Source of the DNA: a virus
Taxonomy: Duplodnaviria > Caudoviricetes
Length of the DNA stretch: 38,435 bases
Strand: one strand, 5' to 3'
IMG/VR virus record: IMGVR_UViG_3300037782_000050
Span: 1-38,435 of that record
Shown here: piece after piece, positions 36,232 through 38,435 of the stretch
How positions within the stretch are numbered: position 1 is the stretch's first letter
Layout: the number at the start of each line of letters is the position of its first letter
Translations under genes and position numbers: made by a program
Notes under the pieces: model-generated
Told to the model about the DNA's origin: nothing
Databases searched by the model: none
What the model saw: the letters and a program-made list of their open reading frames with translations, nothing else

Positions 36232-36250
36232 CCCCCACGGAGGACACCGA

Positions 36251-36646
36251 ATGATCAGACGCGTCACTGCGCTGCTCGTGACCCTGGCCGCGCTCGCGCT
36301 CATGGTCCCGACCGCCCAAGCCCAAGGCTCCTACGGGCCCTTCCGATCCATCACCGGCGCCGAAGCCGACGCCCTCGGCAAACCCGGCACCGCCGAACTT
36401 GGCGACGTCGACGTCTGGGCACGCGACACCGCCACCAACGGGACCTGCGCCGGCGCCTACGTCCAGGGCAAACGTGCCAACGGCACCCTCACCGCAACCC
36501 ACTACGTCGGCCAAGCCTGCACCGGCAGCTGGGTCAAGTACACCTGGGACTTCGCCGACAACGTCGAGACGTTCCGCCTCCAGGTCTGCAACCTCGGCAT
36601 CAACTGCTCCGCCTGGTCCGGGTTCTGGGAGACGAGCTTCACCTGA
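36251..36646 (+). CDS. Secreted protein (Sec signal, four Cys)
   Basis: SD ggagg; MIRR + hydrophobic core + AQA cleavage site; small beta domain. Confidence 0.75.
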   Translation: MIRRVTALLVTLAALALMVPTAQAQGSYGPFRSITGAEADALGKPGTAELGDVDVWARDTATNGTCAGAYVQGKRANGTLTATHYVGQACTGSWVKYTWDFADNVETFRLQVCNLGINCSAWSGFWETSFT

Positions 36647-36665
36647 TCCCGGGGAAGCACTTCCG

Positions 36666-36703
36666 AAAAAGGGGGGTGGGGGGTCCACGAAGACCCCCCA
36701 CCC
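36666..36703 (-). terminator. Stem-loop with adjacent A-tract (intrinsic terminator, U-tract on minus strand)
   Basis: gggtggggggtc/gaccccccaccc preceded by aaaaa. Confidence 0.55.
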
Positions 36704-36862
36704 GTTCCCGACAGGATGCTCGACGAGCTCCAACTGGTGGCCCACGCATCGCTGAACTGCACGGCATCGCCCGACCCGAAGCCCTGCGCTGGCTCCTCGA
36801 GCACCGCCACGCGGACCGAACCGTCACTCGTCAGCGGTGACCTCGTCGCCACAGGGGGCATC

Positions 36863-37138
36863 GTGAACTACACCCCCGGCGCACCCACCCATGACGCCCG
36901 CCCCGTCCGGCTCGAGCCCGGCGACTTCGTCATCCCGACCCACATGCTCGACGAGCTCCGCCTTCAAGCCGACGGCATCGCCCGACTCCACAACATCCCG
37001 AGACCCGACGCACTCCGCTGGCTACTCGACCGGATCACCACCCCACTCCCCGCCGACGCCATCGTCGCCGCCATCGCCTACACCGACGGCACCACCGAGC
37101 ACCGCCACACCGACGGCACCATCACCCGCCACGACTGA
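36863..37138 (+). CDS. Hypothetical protein (start could be 36716)
   Basis: GTG after ggggg; C-rich third positions. Confidence 0.5.
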   Translation: MNYTPGAPTHDARPVRLEPGDFVIPTHMLDELRLQADGIARLHNIPRPDALRWLLDRITTPLPADAIVAAIAYTDGTTEHRHTDGTITRHD

Positions 37139-37249
37139 CCCCACGGCCCGCCCAGGGTGGACCCGCCACCCCCAACCGCCCCGGACCACGCCCAAGGCCG
37201 CAGCGACCAACAAGCGCAGACAACAACACGACACAAAGCGACCAGCCGG

Positions 37250-37449
37250 CACGGGTGGGGTCAGCCGCCGCCACGCACAGTGATGGGGACCCCAGCGCCC
37301 ACCACCCTCCGGGCATCGGCGGCTGTCACCTCGCTTCCTCCCTCCTGTAGGGTCCCGGGGCCTTTTTTGGGTTCGGGGCGTTTTTCGTCAGTGGTGAATT
37401 GTTGGGCTGTCAGTGAACTAATTAGTTATTCGGCTGGGGGTTTGGTGTA
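37250..37449. other. Probable DNA packaging (cos/pac) region
   Basis: Non-coding; abrupt switch from C-rich to G/T-rich strand; T-tracts, inverted repeats and palindrome; upstream of HNH-terS-terL. Confidence 0.55.
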
Positions 37450-37755
37450 TTGCCTCCAATGGTTCGTTGCCTTGATTGCCGGGCTCTGATCGCGAAGCCG
37501 ACTGACGGCGGGCCTTCACGCTGTGTGGCGTGCCGGCGGGCTCGGAAGCGGGCGCGGTCGGCTGATCAGCGCCGGGTCGATGATCGGCCGCCGCCTCCTG
37601 GGTCGGTGTGCTGGTTGTGTGGGCGTGGCCGGCTGGTGGGCGATCCGTTCGAGTGGGATCACGTGACGCCGGTCGCTGAGGGCGGTGCGGGGCGGTCGAT
37701 GCGTCCTGCACATCGTTCTTGCAATCGTCGGAGGTGGCACGGTGTCAGCGCGTAA
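37450..37755 (+). CDS. HNH endonuclease, terminase-associated (HK97 gp74-like)
   Basis: CLDC..CVAC; CWLCG..DHVTPVAEGG..AHRSCNRRR; adjacent to terS. Confidence 0.85.
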   Translation: MPPMVRCLDCRALIAKPTDGGPSRCVACRRARKRARSADQRRVDDRPPPPGSVCWLCGRGRLVGDPFEWDHVTPVAEGGAGRSMRPAHRSCNRRRWHGVSA

Positions 37756-38257
37756 GCAGGGCGGGCGCCGCCAGGGCCGCGGCACGACGGATCTCGAGGT
37801 GGTGCATGGCGCTGCTCGGGCGTGTCCGCCGGCGCCGCATCCGCAGGGCGGCCGGCTGTACGTCGAGACGGTGCGGCTGTGGGAGGAGTTCTGGGGGTCG
37901 GACGTCGCGGGGGCGGTGTCGTCGGCGGACATGCCGGCGCTTGTCCGCCTGTTCCGGGCGATCGATCAGCGGGAGCGGTACGAGCGAGTGGTGCGGAAGT
38001 CGCCGTTATCGACGGGGTCGCAGGGTCAGCCGATTCTGCATCCGTTCACGAAGGAGATCGCCCGCCTCGACTCGCTGATCACGGGGCTCGAGGACCGGTT
38101 CGGGATCACCCCGAAGGCGCGCCTCGGATTGGGTCTGCAGGCGACCGGGCTGCGGAAGTCGGTGGAGGACCTGAACCGGGAGTTCAACGCCCCCGAGGTA
38201 TTGGAGGGCGAGATCGTCGACGACGCCGATGAGGACCCGCGTCGGGCGTCGTCGTGA
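37742..38257 (+). CDS. terS: Terminase small subunit (P27-like)
   Basis: GTG after ggagg; W..FW, GSQGQPILHP, EDRFGITPKARLGLG motifs. Confidence 0.88.
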   Translation: MSARKQGGRRQGRGTTDLEVVHGAARACPPAPHPQGGRLYVETVRLWEEFWGSDVAGAVSSADMPALVRLFRAIDQRERYERVVRKSPLSTGSQGQPILHPFTKEIARLDSLITGLEDRFGITPKARLGLGLQATGLRKSVEDLNREFNAPEVLEGEIVDDADEDPRRASS

Positions 38258-38435
38258 CCGACGAGCTGGCGCTGCGGGATTCGCATGGCGGCCTGGCGTG
38301 CCGGTGGATGGAGAAGATGCTTGTCCACGGCGAGGGCGACCGGTACGGGCAGCCGTATCGGTTGTTGCCGTGGCATCGGGAGTTCCTGTGGCGCTGGTTC
38401 GAGTGCGACCCGGGCGCGGCGTTGTGGTGGTACCT
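38254..38435 (+). CDS. terL: 5' end of terminase large subunit (continues at window start)
   Basis: GTGA overlap with terS stop; MTDELALRDSHGGLACRWMEKMLVHGEGD in frame with 9..1532. Confidence 0.88.
   Translation, partial: MTDELALRDSHGGLACRWMEKMLVHGEGDRYGQPYRLLPWHREFLWRWFECDPGAALWWY
38309..38435. repeat. 127-bp terminal direct repeat (copy 2)
   Basis: Identical to 1-127. Confidence 0.95.

Noticed and set aside
36716-36959. 16-bp direct repeat ATGCTCGACGAGCTCC at 36716 and 36944 as att or insertion scar
   Set aside because: Made of very common codons (MLDEL), no mobile element between copies; likely chance or old duplication
38309-38435. Terminal direct repeat as biological genome end
   Set aside because: Exactly 127 bp and inside terL; best explained as assembler overlap of a circular contig

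Overview
Complete, circularly assembled genome (about 38.3 kb; 38309-38435 repeats 1-127) of a high-GC temperate siphophage. The host is most likely an Actinomycetota bacterium without mycolic acids (inferred from GC, gene families, an LPXTG protein and no lysin B). Gene order: terL, portal, HeH/Rho-N protein, protease-scaffold-capsid fusion, head-tail genes, tail tube, frameshifted G/GT chaperones, tape measure, tail tip and fibres, lysis block with two paralogous holin-like genes, then a leftward repressor-integrase-lipoprotein block. A rightward early operon follows (RHH Cro-like, LPXTG protein, lipoprotein, YqaJ/RecT, clamp-like, HNH, VRR-NUC, iteron-containing initiator, triple C2H2 zinc-finger protein), then a HEPN-type moron, a structured late leader, a packaging-site region, HNH and terS. 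Most notable is an apparent integration-dependent immunity switch: the integrase lacks an arm-binding domain, and both it and the repressor end in ssrA-like -AA degrons. A candidate 11-6-11 dif-like attP, rather than a tRNA-derived core, lies inside the repressor gene. All protein calls are from motif recognition by eye; no database searches were run.
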